DNA of 64,000 nt from an uncultured Muribaculaceae bacterium (GCA_964452495.1 CAYVMC010000008.1:10732-74731); one strand, 5' to 3'. Counted from the stretch's first letter, positions 1-10,349 are shown. Translations and numbers: made by a program. Notes: generated by a model not told the origin, from the sequence alone.

Positions 1-786
1 TCCGGCTAGTACTGCATGAAATCTCATTCCTATTAAGTATTCAAGTTTTGAGATTTCTTCTGCTGTTGCTTTTACATCAAGTCCGTTTTTAATTATTACA
101 TCTCTTCCGAGGAACTCCTTAAAACGGCAGCACACATTATAATCTACGGATGGTTGGAGTGAAAGCAAGATTATATTTTTGTCTGGAAATGTAGTATTAA
201 CTGCCTTTGCTAATTTTTTCAGAAACTCATCACTTACTCCCTGGAAGGCTCTCAACTGTATGCCGAGAGTATTTTGTTCTTTTTCGTGTTTAGGGATGTC
301 AAGTGTAAAAACAGGATCGCATACCTGTTTTGAAGAAATTTCCCAAGAGCTTAAAAGCCGCTGGCTTTCTGTATCACGAACAGTTATAAGTTTACATTTT
401 TTTAAAATGTACTTTGTAAGATTTTCCGATAATTTGGAATGAAACGGCCCCATCCCCTGTGCAAAAATTATAACGTCCTTTTTAAATATTTGTGCTGTAA
501 AAATAATTCCCAGATAATAAATCAAACTCTTAAAACTTGTAACATCCTGCAAAAGACTGCCGCCGCCTGATATCAGCAGATCGGATTTTATTATACTATT
601 TAATACTTTGAAAAAATCAAAAGAATTTACTGATTTTACTCCGTAATTTTTTGCTGTTTTTTTCGGATTTGCAGAAAAAACTGTTAAATCATATTTTTTT
701 GAAAACAGCTTTACCAGTACATATAAGACAGCATCATCACCAAAATTATCAAAGCCATAATAACCTGAGCATACAGCTTTTTTCAT
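1..786 (-). CDS. csaB: polysaccharide pyruvyl transferase, CsaB-like (3' end lies outside the window)
   Basis: The frame is open from the ATG (revcomp of 784-786) to the window edge, 262 codons. It is absent from the ORF track because it runs off the edge. My translation is MKKAVCSGYYGFDNFGDDAVLYVL...LISGGGSLLQDVTS...GMRFHAVLAG, which matches conserved CsaB-type pyruvyl transferase blocks. The start overlaps the kdgK stop by 1 nt. Confidence 0.7.
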   Translation of the reverse strand, partial: MKKAVCSGYYGFDNFGDDAVLYVLVKLFSKKYDLTVFSANPKKTAKNYGVKSVNSFDFFKVLNSIIKSDLLISGGGSLLQDVTSFKSLIYYLGIIFTAQIFKKDVIIFAQGMGPFHSKLSENLTKYILKKCKLITVRDTESQRLLSSWEISSKQVCDPVFTLDIPKHEKEQNTLGIQLRAFQGVSDEFLKKLAKAVNTTFPDKNIILLSLQPSVDYNVCCRFKEFLGRDVIIKNGLDVKATAEEISKLEYLIGMRFHAVLAG

Positions 787-1718
787 TAAATATACTCCGA
801 TATTTCATCCTTTGAAGGGAGTGCTGCAATTGTACCATTTTTAGAGGCTTGAAGACCTGCTGCAACTGATGCAAATTTAGCAGCTTCAAATGGATTAAAG
901 CCCGATACGATGGCATGCAGAAATGCTCCGTTAAAGGCATCTCCTGAGGCTGTTAAATCTATAACAGGAACTTTATTGAAAAATTCACAGAAGCGTTTTT
1001 CTCCATTATAAAAAATATAGTATCCACCGTCTATTCTTGATTTAAAAACAATTGTTTCAACCCCGAAGTCTCCAAGTTTTCTTGCTATATGATCATAAGT
1101 CATAGACTCAAACAAGTGCGGAGCATCATTTTTCATGCTCATAAATATTATATTTGTATAAGGAAGAATTTCATCCAAAAACTCTCTTGATTCATCAGAA
1201 TACATAAAACATGAAGTATAATTAGGGTCATAAGCTGTTACTAAATCTTTTTCTTTGGCAATTCGGAACGCTTTTTTCACCGCATTTCTTGCAGACAATG
1301 ACAGTGATTGGGCAACACCTGTTGAATACAGACACTTAAATGAGGAAATCATTTCTTCTGTTATGTCGTCATCATTCAGTTTTGTAGCGGCAGATTTCCG
1401 TTTATAATAGTAGAATTCATTTTCTTCGTTCTCTGGACGTGCAACAATATAAACACCGTTTTGTTCTTGAATAAAATCTGTAAAGGATGTATCTATATTA
1501 TCCTTTTTAAGGCTTTCATAAATATAGTGTCCAAATCCATCATTTCCTAACTTCGTAATAAGAGCTGTTTTGCTCCCGAGTTTTGCAGCCATAAGTGCAG
1601 ATATGACACTGTCTCCTCCATAACTTTTACGAAAAAGTTCAGCTTTTTCAAGTTTATCTGCAGATGATAATTCTATCAGGCATTCGCCTATAACCGCTAT
1701 ATCTAATTTTTTTTCCAA
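786..1718 (-). CDS. kdgK: PfkB-family sugar kinase, probable 2-dehydro-3-deoxygluconokinase
   Basis: 310 aa. It has N-terminal IAVIGECLIEL and the C-terminal PfkB signature DLTASGDAFNGAF. It overlaps the upstream KDPG-aldolase gene by 16 nt, which is the classic kdgK-eda pairing. Confidence 0.75.
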   Translation of the reverse strand: MEKKLDIAVIGECLIELSSADKLEKAELFRKSYGGDSVISALMAAKLGSKTALITKLGNDGFGHYIYESLKKDNIDTSFTDFIQEQNGVYIVARPENEENEFYYYKRKSAATKLNDDDITEEMISSFKCLYSTGVAQSLSLSARNAVKKAFRIAKEKDLVTAYDPNYTSCFMYSDESREFLDEILPYTNIIFMSMKNDAPHLFESMTYDHIARKLGDFGVETIVFKSRIDGGYYIFYNGEKRFCEFFNKVPVIDLTASGDAFNGAFLHAIVSGFNPFEAAKFASVAAGLQASKNGTIAALPSKDEISEYI

Positions 1719-2332
1719 TTTGTATAATCCTTTATATCATTCAAAGTAGACTTTACCCGCTCTGTTATTTCACTGGGAGTAAAGTCTGCGTACAAGTCCC
1801 GTCCTACCCCGACACATTTTGCTCCGGCTCTTATATATCCTATTACTTCGTCAAGTTTAATATTACCGGTGGGCATAAGACTTAGAAATGGCATTTGACG
1901 AAGCAGGTCGCCTATATAAGTAATTCCACCGAGGGCTGTTGTCGGAAAAAGTTTTGTTAATAATACTCTTGCTTTCCAGGCTGCATATGCTTCGTTTGCC
2001 GTTGAACCCCCTGCAATAAAAGGAATGCGTTTATTTTTTGAAATTTTAACAAGATTCATCTGGAATATCGGGCTTGAAAACATTACCGCTCCACAGTCTA
2101 TAGCCATTTGTGCCTGTAGTGAGGTAATTATACTGCCTGCACAAACATATACGTCTTTTGATAATTCTTGTATGGCTTTATATAATTCTGGTGTTTCAAT
2201 ATTTATTTCCAGAAATTTAACTCCGCCTTTTATCATGGCTCTGCCTATTTCGATAGCTTCATCAGGATTAGAGCATCTTATTATAGGATATAATTTTTCT
2301 TTTGTTAATAAATCTATTAATGTTTCACTCAT
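1703..2332 (-). CDS. eda: 2-dehydro-3-deoxyphosphogluconate / 4-hydroxy-2-oxoglutarate aldolase
   Basis: 209 aa with a KDPG aldolase family pattern: GVKFLEINIETP, a Schiff-base Lys context LTKLFPTTALGG, and MPTGNI. Confidence 0.8.
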   Translation of the reverse strand: MSETLIDLLTKEKLYPIIRCSNPDEAIEIGRAMIKGGVKFLEINIETPELYKAIQELSKDVYVCAGSIITSLQAQMAIDCGAVMFSSPIFQMNLVKISKNKRIPFIAGGSTANEAYAAWKARVLLTKLFPTTALGGITYIGDLLRQMPFLSLMPTGNIKLDEVIGYIRAGAKCVGVGRDLYADFTPSEITERVKSTLNDIKDYTNWKKN

Positions 2333-2376
2333 TTTTTCATCTATCCTTTTTCTTTAATTTATTATATCATAATAAT

Positions 2377-4329
2377 ATGCGCGGGATAAAAACATTTTTA
2401 ACATTTATTGCAGCATGGATATTTTTATTTGCTGCCTTCTGGATTTCTAACAATTTTTTTGAACCGAAATTTTATGATTTTATGGTCAATGCTTTCACCG
2501 CACATAAATATGGTTCTGATGATATTCTTATTGTCGTTATTGATGATGAAGCAATAGCCAAATACCGCTGGCCCTGGAAGAGGGAAATGTATTCGAATAT
2601 TTTTGAATATATTAATCAGAATGCAAATCCCAAACTTATAATTCACGATGCGATTGTGGGAACGTTAGACAAGGAAAATCCTGCTTCGGATAAAAAGTAC
2701 TTTTCGTCTATTTCTAAAATTAATAATCTTGTTTCCGGCATGGAATTGACTTTTAGAGATTACACTGATTATTCAAAGGGAATAGCACAGGATGAAAAAT
2801 ATTATAAAAAATACTCAACACCGGTAGAAGATAATCGGCAATATTTTGAAGGTTTTAGATTTAAGAGTATACTGACCTTTCCTGATGAATACTATAATGT
2901 TCTTAAATACGCTGCCCCTGTAACATGTCCGCAGGATAATGACGGAGTTACAAGGGATATTTCATTGTTTGTTGCATATAAGCAATACCTGTATCCATAT
3001 CTTGCATTTAGAGGTTTTCTGCTTGCGAACAATAATCCGGAATGTGCTGTTTCGCAAAATGATGTAACTTGTAACACTATAAATTTTTATGCACCAAAAT
3101 ATAGGCGTTATCTTGGCGGACACCATAGAACCCCTATAAAATTTTATAAACTCTACAGTAATAATTATTCTCATCGAACAATATCTGCAGTAAAGATTCT
3201 GGATGATTATGACAGGATAAAGTCTGGACTAAAACCTGAATTGTCACCTGAGTTATTTAATAATAAGTACATTATTCTTGGTGCTAATGTTAAGGCTTCA
3301 TCAACAGGGTTGTCTGATATTCTTCATTCTTCTGTGTCTCCGAGACATCCGGGAACAGACATACTGGCAACAGTTCTTGATAATGCGGTACATAATGATT
3401 TTCTTAAATCGTTTAATATCTGGCAAAATGCACTACTGTCATTATTTACAGCAATATTTATTTATATTCTTATAAGGACGCGTACGATTTTTGTTTCTCT
3501 ATCAGTAATTACGACCGCACTTATATTATTCTTTTTGGGAGCATGTTTTCTATTTTATAACGCTTTTGCCATAAATGTTTTAACTCCTGTAATACTAGGA
3601 ATTGTAACAATGATTTTTGGTTATCTTCACAGGTTTCTTCTTGAAGGTCAGAATAAAGAAAAAATTAAAAAGGCGATGGGCAAATACATCTCAGATGACA
3701 TTATGGAAGATGTTGTAAAAAATATTGATGAATTAAAACTTGGAGGAAAAAAATCTGTTGTAACTGTTCTGTTTGCCGATATAAGAGGCTTTACATCTAT
3801 GAGCGAAAAAATGTCAGCAGAAGAGGTTTCAAATATTTTGAATGAGTATTTTACAGAGATGGAACCTATTATATCGGGACATAACGGAATAATAAACAAA
3901 TTTATAGGCGATGCTGTTATGGCAATTTTTGGCGAACCGATTAAAGACAAAAATCATGCTTTAAATGCAGTAAAGTGTGCTAATGATATGCTGAAAAAGG
4001 TTAGTCAGTTACAGCATAAGTGGATAAACGAAGGAAAACCCAAAATAGAAATAGGTATAGGGATTAACACAGGTGAAGTTTTTGTAGGAAATATTGGTTC
4101 CGAAAAAAGAATGGAGTATACGGTAATTGGTGATACTGTAAATCTTGCAAGCCGAATTGAAAGCTATAATAAGATATATAAGACGAATTTCCTAATAGGA
4201 CCGACTACTTATGAAGAAGTAAAAAATTATGTTAACGTTATAAAAATATCTGATGTCCAAATCCGTGGTAAACTCCAAAAACTGGACATATACGAAGTCC
4301 TTGGAATAATTGAGGATAAAAGTGTATAA
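2377..4329 (+). CDS. CHASE2-sensor class III adenylate/guanylate cyclase
   Basis: It has an N-terminal TM helix, a roughly 330-aa extracytoplasmic CHASE2-like region (DILIVVIDDEAIAKYRWPWKRE), then TM helices. The cyclase domain carries intact motifs VTVLFADIRGFTSMSE, FIGDAVMAIFG and YTVIGDTVNLASRIES. I prefer the ATG at 2377 (MRGIKTF) over the track start 2302, which would overlap eda. Confidence 0.85.
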   Translation: MRGIKTFLTFIAAWIFLFAAFWISNNFFEPKFYDFMVNAFTAHKYGSDDILIVVIDDEAIAKYRWPWKREMYSNIFEYINQNANPKLIIHDAIVGTLDKENPASDKKYFSSISKINNLVSGMELTFRDYTDYSKGIAQDEKYYKKYSTPVEDNRQYFEGFRFKSILTFPDEYYNVLKYAAPVTCPQDNDGVTRDISLFVAYKQYLYPYLAFRGFLLANNNPECAVSQNDVTCNTINFYAPKYRRYLGGHHRTPIKFYKLYSNNYSHRTISAVKILDDYDRIKSGLKPELSPELFNNKYIILGANVKASSTGLSDILHSSVSPRHPGTDILATVLDNAVHNDFLKSFNIWQNALLSLFTAIFIYILIRTRTIFVSLSVITTALILFFLGACFLFYNAFAINVLTPVILGIVTMIFGYLHRFLLEGQNKEKIKKAMGKYISDDIMEDVVKNIDELKLGGKKSVVTVLFADIRGFTSMSEKMSAEEVSNILNEYFTEMEPIISGHNGIINKFIGDAVMAIFGEPIKDKNHALNAVKCANDMLKKVSQLQHKWINEGKPKIEIGIGINTGEVFVGNIGSEKRMEYTVIGDTVNLASRIESYNKIYKTNFLIGPTTYEEVKNYVNVIKISDVQIRGKLQKLDIYEVLGIIEDKSV

Positions 4330-6694
4330 TTTTGACCAGATAAGAAAAGCCGTAGAAATTGAGGCAGCTTACAAATATATTGATGTAAGAGGAAAGACTA
4401 AAACATTTTCCAAATTTATTTGTCAGGAACTCAAGAACCTTATAAAAGAATCAGGAAAAAATCCTAAGTGGATTGTATTGCTGGAACATTTTACAAACTA
4501 CTCTACAGACAGTTATCCTGAAAGAAAAAAGTGTATAGAAAGACTTGTAAGAGCAATTCGTTCAGAACTTAATCCGCCTTCATCCGTGAATGCTGCATGT
4601 GATAAAATAAAACCGCCGTCACAAATGGATGTTATGTATATAAAAGGAGTTGGTGCAAAGATTGCGTACAGGTTTAATAAACTTGGAATTTATACTGCAA
4701 ATGACCTGCTTTATTATTTCCCATCAAAACATATTGATTATTCATCGAGAACAAAAATTCATGCATTAAGAGAGGGAATGAGTACAACTATATTTGGTTA
4801 TATAAAGTCTGTTTCAGCTTACACTTCAAAAAGCGGATTAGGTATTGTTAAACTTGTTGTTGCCGATGAAACGGGAAAACTTCCTATAAATTTTTTCTAC
4901 GGGAAAGCAAACAAATATATGCTTGAAAAAACAAAAGCACAGTTTCCAAAAAACGCTAATATTATGTTATCAGGAGTTGTAAAACGTAGTAGTTATGATA
5001 ATCTACTTACTCTGGACAAGCCGACATATTCTATTATGACTGCTGAAATTTTTGATAACTCAAATCTTAACCTCGGGCGTATTGTTCCGGTCTACCCGCT
5101 CTGTGAAAATCTAAGTCCCAAAACACTACGGAGGGCAATCTACAATGCCATTTCAATGTATAAGAATGAAATAAAAGATGTGCTGCCGGATTATCTTCTT
5201 GAAAAATACGGATTTATACACAAAGCGGATGCAATTGAACAGATTCATTTTCCGCAGGATATGGAAACTCTGGAGATTGCACGCAATTCACTTATTTTTG
5301 AAGAATTTTTCTTAATTCAGTTAAAACTGGCATTAGCAAGGAAAGATACGGAAACAAAATGCAGCTCATATCCTCTGATAGTTAAACCTGACGGGCTTGT
5401 TATGAACTTTATAAAAAGTCTGCCTTTTGAGTTAACAAAAGCACAGAAGCGAGCTATTAATGAAATATTAAACGACATGCATTCAAGTAAGCCTATGCAG
5501 CGTTTATTACAGGGGGATGTAGGCAGCGGAAAAACAGTTGTTGCATGTGTAATGCTTCTTGCTGCAATTGAAAACGGGTATCAGGCAGCTCTTATGGCTC
5601 CTACAGAAATTCTTGCACAACAGCACTATAATAATCTTGTAAAGTGGCTTACCCCGCTTGGAATAAGTATAGGATTATTTCTTGGTTCTTCCGGTGCAAA
5701 AATACGGCGAGAAGAAGAACAAAATCTTGCAAACGGTCAGACAAAAATCGCAGTTGGAACGCATGCACTTATTCAGGATAATATAAAATTTAATAATTTG
5801 GGAGCCGTTGTAATAGATGAGCAGCACAGGTTTGGTGTAAAACAACGTTTATCTTTAAGGCAAAAAAGCACCTTGCCGCAAGTTCTTACAATGACCGCAA
5901 CTCCTATTCCGCGAACTCTTGCAATTACTCTTAATGGTGATCTTGATTTAACAATTATTGATGAACTTCCAAAGGGAAGAAAACCTATTAATACAAAATT
6001 TGTTAATTCCAAAGCATTTATTATAAGGCTTATTAGGGATGAAGTATCAAAAGGTCATCAGGCATATATTGTATACCCGTTGATTGAGGAAAGTGAGACA
6101 CTGTCTGCAAAGGCTGCAACTATAGAGGCTGAGAGATGGCAAAATGATGTATTTCCGGATCTAAAAATAGGGCTTCTCCACGGTAAACTTAAGAACTCTG
6201 AAAAAGATGAGGTGATGGAAAAGTTTAAAAATAAAGAATACGATATTCTGGTATCAACAACAGTTGTGGAAGTTGGAGTTGATGTTCCAAATGCAACGGT
6301 TATTGTCATAGAAAATGCAGAACGATTTGGTCTTTCTCAGCTGCATCAGTTGCGAGGACGGGTTGGACGTTCGGATATTCAATCATATTGTATATTATCA
6401 TCTAATACAAAAAATCCTCAGACAAAAGAACGCTTAAATATAATGACAGAAACCAATGACGGTTTTGTTATTGCTGAGAAAGACCTTCAACTGCGCGGCC
6501 CCGGTGAGTTTCTCGGCGTAAGACAGAGCGGACTGCCTGATTTGATTATTTCAGACCTTGTCCGTGATGCACAGATTTTAGAAACCGCACGTTTGGAGGC
6601 TATAGATTTTGTTAAAAAGAAAAATATAAACGATTATCCGGCACTTGTAAACGCAGACCAGTTAAAGTTAAACAGTGATATTCTCGGCTGTTAA
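4310..6694 (+). CDS. recG: ATP-dependent DNA helicase RecG
   Basis: Motifs seen: Walker A GDVGSGKT, DEQHRFG, MTATPIPRTL, QLHQLRGRVGR. About 105 extra N-terminal residues precede the HhH segment IKGVGAKIAYRFNKLGIYTANDLL. The start is ambiguous (TTG 4310 or in-frame GTG 4322), and both overlap the cyclase stop. Confidence 0.9.
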   Translation: MRIKVYNFDQIRKAVEIEAAYKYIDVRGKTKTFSKFICQELKNLIKESGKNPKWIVLLEHFTNYSTDSYPERKKCIERLVRAIRSELNPPSSVNAACDKIKPPSQMDVMYIKGVGAKIAYRFNKLGIYTANDLLYYFPSKHIDYSSRTKIHALREGMSTTIFGYIKSVSAYTSKSGLGIVKLVVADETGKLPINFFYGKANKYMLEKTKAQFPKNANIMLSGVVKRSSYDNLLTLDKPTYSIMTAEIFDNSNLNLGRIVPVYPLCENLSPKTLRRAIYNAISMYKNEIKDVLPDYLLEKYGFIHKADAIEQIHFPQDMETLEIARNSLIFEEFFLIQLKLALARKDTETKCSSYPLIVKPDGLVMNFIKSLPFELTKAQKRAINEILNDMHSSKPMQRLLQGDVGSGKTVVACVMLLAAIENGYQAALMAPTEILAQQHYNNLVKWLTPLGISIGLFLGSSGAKIRREEEQNLANGQTKIAVGTHALIQDNIKFNNLGAVVIDEQHRFGVKQRLSLRQKSTLPQVLTMTATPIPRTLAITLNGDLDLTIIDELPKGRKPINTKFVNSKAFIIRLIRDEVSKGHQAYIVYPLIEESETLSAKAATIEAERWQNDVFPDLKIGLLHGKLKNSEKDEVMEKFKNKEYDILVSTTVVEVGVDVPNATVIVIENAERFGLSQLHQLRGRVGRSDIQSYCILSSNTKNPQTKERLNIMTETNDGFVIAEKDLQLRGPGEFLGVRQSGLPDLIISDLVRDAQILETARLEAIDFVKKKNINDYPALVNADQLKLNSDILGC

Positions 6695-6723
6695 GACAGT
6701 ACCCAGCTTACAAGTATAGCAAA

Positions 6724-6753
6724 TCGGGCGGAATAAAAATTCCGCTCGATTTG
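6724..6753 (+). terminator. putative intrinsic terminator after recG
   Basis: An 11-bp stem tcgggcggaat/attccgctcga (one G-U pair) with an aaaa loop, followed by only ttt. Confidence 0.45.
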
Positions 6754-6894
6754 AAGATTTTTAAAAATATATTATTCCCCATAATCCACCGGCTCTGTTT
6801 TCATAATGCATAATAGCGTTTATATATAACTCCGGACGCCCGTAAAGGTTAACTGTAGTTGAAGCCGAAGTTGGCAAGATAAATCTAGAAAATA

Positions 6895-6930
6895 AAAAAC
6901 AGGCTCACTGTTAAATAATGAGCCTGTTTT
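6895..6930. terminator. bidirectional intrinsic terminator between convergent recG and the acetyl-CoA synthetase gene
   Basis: Stem acaggctca/tgagcctgt is flanked by an A-run on one side and a T-run on the other. On the minus strand the hairpin is followed by ttttttatt. Confidence 0.6.
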
Positions 6931-6950
6931 AGTATTTGTATTATCTAAGA

Positions 6951-9110
6951 CTAACCGCAAAGAGAGCATGCAGAGCAAGAAGTATTCAATGCTTTTTGAG
7001 CTTCTTCAAGTCTTACCTTAATACGACCGTCTACTGCAATTCCTTCGCCTGTAGATTCTGAAATCAACAGCGGGTTAATATCTAATTCATCAATATATTT
7101 GAAATCAGATACCAGTTGAGAAAGTCTCAACAGAGTTTCTTGTATTTGGTCTATTTGAGCAGGTTTTGTACCTCTTGCACCTTCTAAAAGCTTGTATGCT
7201 TTAACAGACTTAACCATTTCTGCTGCATCAATATCAGTTAACGGTGCAACTCTGAAAGTTACATCTTTTAAAACTTCAACAAATACACCGCCCAGACCAA
7301 ACATCATCATTGGACCGTATTGAGGATCTGTTGCGATACCGCAAACCATTTCACGGTTACCTTTTACCATTTCTTGAATAATAACACCTTCCAGTCCGTC
7401 AAGAAGTCCTTTTTCTTCAAGTTTTGCAAGCAGGTCTTTGTATTCTGCTCTCAATTGTTCTTCTGACTTAATATTGACTCTTACACCGCCAACATCTGTT
7501 TTGTGTGATGTAGTCTTTGAAGTCATTTTCATAACAACTGGATAACCGATAGAGTTTCCTAGTTCTACAACTTCTTCTTCATTAGTTGCAAGACCATATT
7601 TACAAGCCCTTATGCCGTAAGCTTGAAGTACATCAATAGATTCTAAAGTTGTAAGCTGTGCTCTGCCTTCAGCAACAGATTTTGCAATGATTTTTTCAAC
7701 CTTTGCTCTGTCAACATCGTAGCAAGGAATTTTACCTTCTGGTCTTTCCATCCATAATCTTTGTTGGTTTAATCTGTTCAATCCGTCAGCAGCCTGTTCT
7801 GCATACATGAAGAATGGCATATTAACGTTCATATCGGAAATCTTTGTAAAGAATTCATTTTTTGTCATAAATACACCGATAATCGGTTTTTGTGGGTTCT
7901 TTGCTTTAATTTCCATTAATGCTTGAGCAACATCAATATCTTTTAAACCAAGGAATGGAAGATAGATTGTTATAATCATATCAACATTTTCATCAGCGAT
8001 AACTGTTTCCAGTGTTTGTTTGTAATGCTCAATAGGTGCTGATGCAATCATATCAATCGGGTTTTTAACGGAAGCTGCTGCAGGCAAGAAACTTCTTAAT
8101 TTTGCTTTTGTTTCATCTGTAATTTTTGCCATTTGCATTCCGTATTCACAAACAGCATCAGTTGCCATAATTCCGGGACCGCCGGAGTTTGTAATGATTG
8201 CTACTCTGTCACCTTTTGGGATAGGACAGTTTGCAAAAACTTTTGCTGTTTCAAAAAGGTTTTGAAGAGAAAATTCTCTTATTACACCTGATTGTTGTAA
8301 TAAAGCAGCGGCTGCTTTATCTGCACCTGCGAGGGAACCTGTGTGTGAAGATGCTGCCGATGCACCTGCTGCAGAACGTCCTGATTTTAACGCTAAAATC
8401 GGTTTCTTTTTAGAAACTCTTGATGCAAGTTTTCTAAAGTTTGCAGGGTTTTGGATTGATTCCATATAAAGTAAAATTTGTTTAACGTCATCATCGTTTT
8501 CCCAGTATTCAATAGCTGTTTCAGCATTAACGTCAGCCTGATTACCTATAGAAATAAATTGTGCAAAACCAAGATTCAGGTCTTTTAAAATATTTAAAAT
8601 GCCGCCGCCTAAAGCTCCTGATTGGGAAACAAAACCTATATTTCCACGTTCCGGCAAGCTTTCTGCAAAACATCCGTCCATTCTTATATCAGGGTGAGTG
8701 TTTACAACACCTAAACAGTTAGGACCTACGCATCTCATTCCGTATTCTTTTAATTTTGCAACTAATTCTTTTTCAAGTTCAGCCCCTTCTGCGCCTGTTT
8801 CTTTAAAACCTGCTGTAATTATACACAAACCTTTAATGCCTTTTTGGTTACATTGTGAAATTGTATCAAGTACAAATTTAGAATTAACAACAATAATGGC
8901 TAAATCAACATCTCCCGGTACTTCAAGAACGGAAGTATAAGCTTGAAGCCCTTCAATAACTCCGCCCTTAGGGTTTACCGGATATATGTTTCCGTTAAAT
9001 TTGTACTCTTGTAATCTTTTCATCAAATCAGAACCTATTGTGTGTTCTTTTGTTGATGCACCGATAACCGCGATTGATTTTGGTTTCATGATTTTGTCTA
9101 ATGCGTTCAT
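6951..9110 (-). CDS. acetate--CoA ligase (ADP-forming) family protein
   Basis: 719 aa. It has an N-terminal CoA-binding fold (KSIAVIGAS), a phosphohistidine loop ASSHTGSLAG, and a C-terminal ATP-grasp domain. It ends in the Cys-rich tail NTSCSACSLCG. Confidence 0.85.
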   Translation of the reverse strand: MNALDKIMKPKSIAVIGASTKEHTIGSDLMKRLQEYKFNGNIYPVNPKGGVIEGLQAYTSVLEVPGDVDLAIIVVNSKFVLDTISQCNQKGIKGLCIITAGFKETGAEGAELEKELVAKLKEYGMRCVGPNCLGVVNTHPDIRMDGCFAESLPERGNIGFVSQSGALGGGILNILKDLNLGFAQFISIGNQADVNAETAIEYWENDDDVKQILLYMESIQNPANFRKLASRVSKKKPILALKSGRSAAGASAASSHTGSLAGADKAAAALLQQSGVIREFSLQNLFETAKVFANCPIPKGDRVAIITNSGGPGIMATDAVCEYGMQMAKITDETKAKLRSFLPAAASVKNPIDMIASAPIEHYKQTLETVIADENVDMIITIYLPFLGLKDIDVAQALMEIKAKNPQKPIIGVFMTKNEFFTKISDMNVNMPFFMYAEQAADGLNRLNQQRLWMERPEGKIPCYDVDRAKVEKIIAKSVAEGRAQLTTLESIDVLQAYGIRACKYGLATNEEEVVELGNSIGYPVVMKMTSKTTSHKTDVGGVRVNIKSEEQLRAEYKDLLAKLEEKGLLDGLEGVIIQEMVKGNREMVCGIATDPQYGPMMMFGLGGVFVEVLKDVTFRVAPLTDIDAAEMVKSVKAYKLLEGARGTKPAQIDQIQETLLRLSQLVSDFKYIDELDINPLLISESTGEGIAVDGRIKVRLEEAQKALNTSCSACSLCG

Positions 9111-9111
9111 T

Positions 9112-9540
9112 TTATTTTGTCCTTTCTTTTGTTATTATCTTCTTTTGAATTTTAAATTTAAATTCTGTTTTTCCAAAATAATTTATTATTCTTTTCATAA
9201 ATGATTTTGTTGTATTGTCAGATAATTTTTCATAAGAAGTTACAGCTCCTGATGCTGCTTCTTTATATAAATCTGAGGATGCTGAAAATATTCCTTCTGT
9301 TTTGATCCCTCTGTTTTTCAATAAATCTTTTTCTTTTTGTGCAATGACACTTATTGTATTTTCTTCATGATTCTGGCGGATATAAAGATTGTAGGGTTTA
9401 TCTTTAACCATGGACGTCATAGTATTATATGCTTTTCGTGCATATTTAGCCGGTTTATAACTTAAATCGCCGGGCATAATCATAACTTTTCCTCCAAAGG
9501 CAGGGAAGGTATTTGAGTTTGTTTTATTTTGTATCAACAT
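9112..9540 (-). CDS. hypothetical basic protein (142 aa) carrying the N-terminal FGGKVMIMP tag
   Basis: An AAAGGA SD lies upstream of the ATG. The stop is 1 nt from the acs start and the gene sits 17 nt downstream of the radical SAM gene, so it is probably co-transcribed. No recognisable domain. Confidence 0.6.
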   Translation of the reverse strand: MLIQNKTNSNTFPAFGGKVMIMPGDLSYKPAKYARKAYNTMTSMVKDKPYNLYIRQNHEENTISVIAQKEKDLLKNRGIKTEGIFSASSDLYKEAASGAVTSYEKLSDNTTKSFMKRIINYFGKTEFKFKIQKKIITKERTK

Positions 9541-9557
9541 ATTTTATCCTTTCAAAA

Positions 9558-10184
9558 TTAATACCCGTTAGGTATAAACTCTCTTGCCCTGAATTTTGCC
9601 CCAAGGGATTCGGCAACCTTTCTGCATTGGTTTTCATCAGGAGTTTGGCTCAGAAAACCGGTTACAATTGTTGCTACAACAATAAATCCTTCATCTGCGG
9701 CTGTTTTTATAAAATTTTTTACCTCATTATAGGCATTGCCTATTCTTGGTTTAGAGAGCCTGTTGTACTCATCCTCATCAGCACCATTCAGGCTTACTGA
9801 AAACTCATCAACAAGCCCTTTTAGTTCCGGCAGAACATTCCTTTTGTGGATAGCATTTGCATGTCCGTTAGTATTTACTCTTATTAATATATCAGGATTT
9901 TTTTCTCTCAAATATTTAGCAAAAGCTTTTAAGAGTTCTAATCGTAACATAGGTTCCCCATAACCGCAGAAACAAACAGTTTTTGGAGGAGGAAAATCTT
10001 CAAACTGGGCGATAATATCTTCAACAGAAAAATTTTCATCCTCAAGCCACATATCTTTGCCGCATACATCATCTTTTTGAGTTCTTAAGCAAAAAATACA
10101 TTTGTTTGTACATGAGTTGGTTAGATTTATATATAAAGTTTCAGGATTTTCGGTTTGTTCAATTGAATAAACTAAGGTATTCAT
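9558..10184 (-). CDS. radical SAM protein (small, TatD-associated-type architecture)
   Basis: 208 aa. It has LYINLTNSCTNKCIFCLR with a CX3CX2C cluster motif near the N-terminus and a GYGEP block. Confidence 0.8.
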   Translation of the reverse strand: MNTLVYSIEQTENPETLYINLTNSCTNKCIFCLRTQKDDVCGKDMWLEDENFSVEDIIAQFEDFPPPKTVCFCGYGEPMLRLELLKAFAKYLREKNPDILIRVNTNGHANAIHKRNVLPELKGLVDEFSVSLNGADEDEYNRLSKPRIGNAYNEVKNFIKTAADEGFIVVATIVTGFLSQTPDENQCRKVAESLGAKFRAREFIPNGY

Positions 10185-10349
10185 TACCGCCCTCCGCTTT
10201 TATTATCTCACATCAAATATTATAGGCAAGTGGGAAAATAAGAGTGGCGGGTAAAGATATGACATCTTAATTTTATTCTGTTACTTCTTGTCTTATTTCT
10301 GGGATTGATGGCTGTTTCCAAAACTATTAAATTACTCTATTTAGGGAAA

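Noticed and set aside
179-442. 87-aa plus-strand ORF
   Set aside because: It is antisense to the csaB-like gene, which reads through the whole region.
9112-10184. Radical SAM plus small ORF as a RiPP cluster
   Set aside because: The 142-aa ORF is large and basic, with no Cys-, Ser- or Thr-rich core or leader-core pattern. The radical SAM protein is the small single-domain type without a SPASM or RRE extension. No transporter or protease is adjacent.
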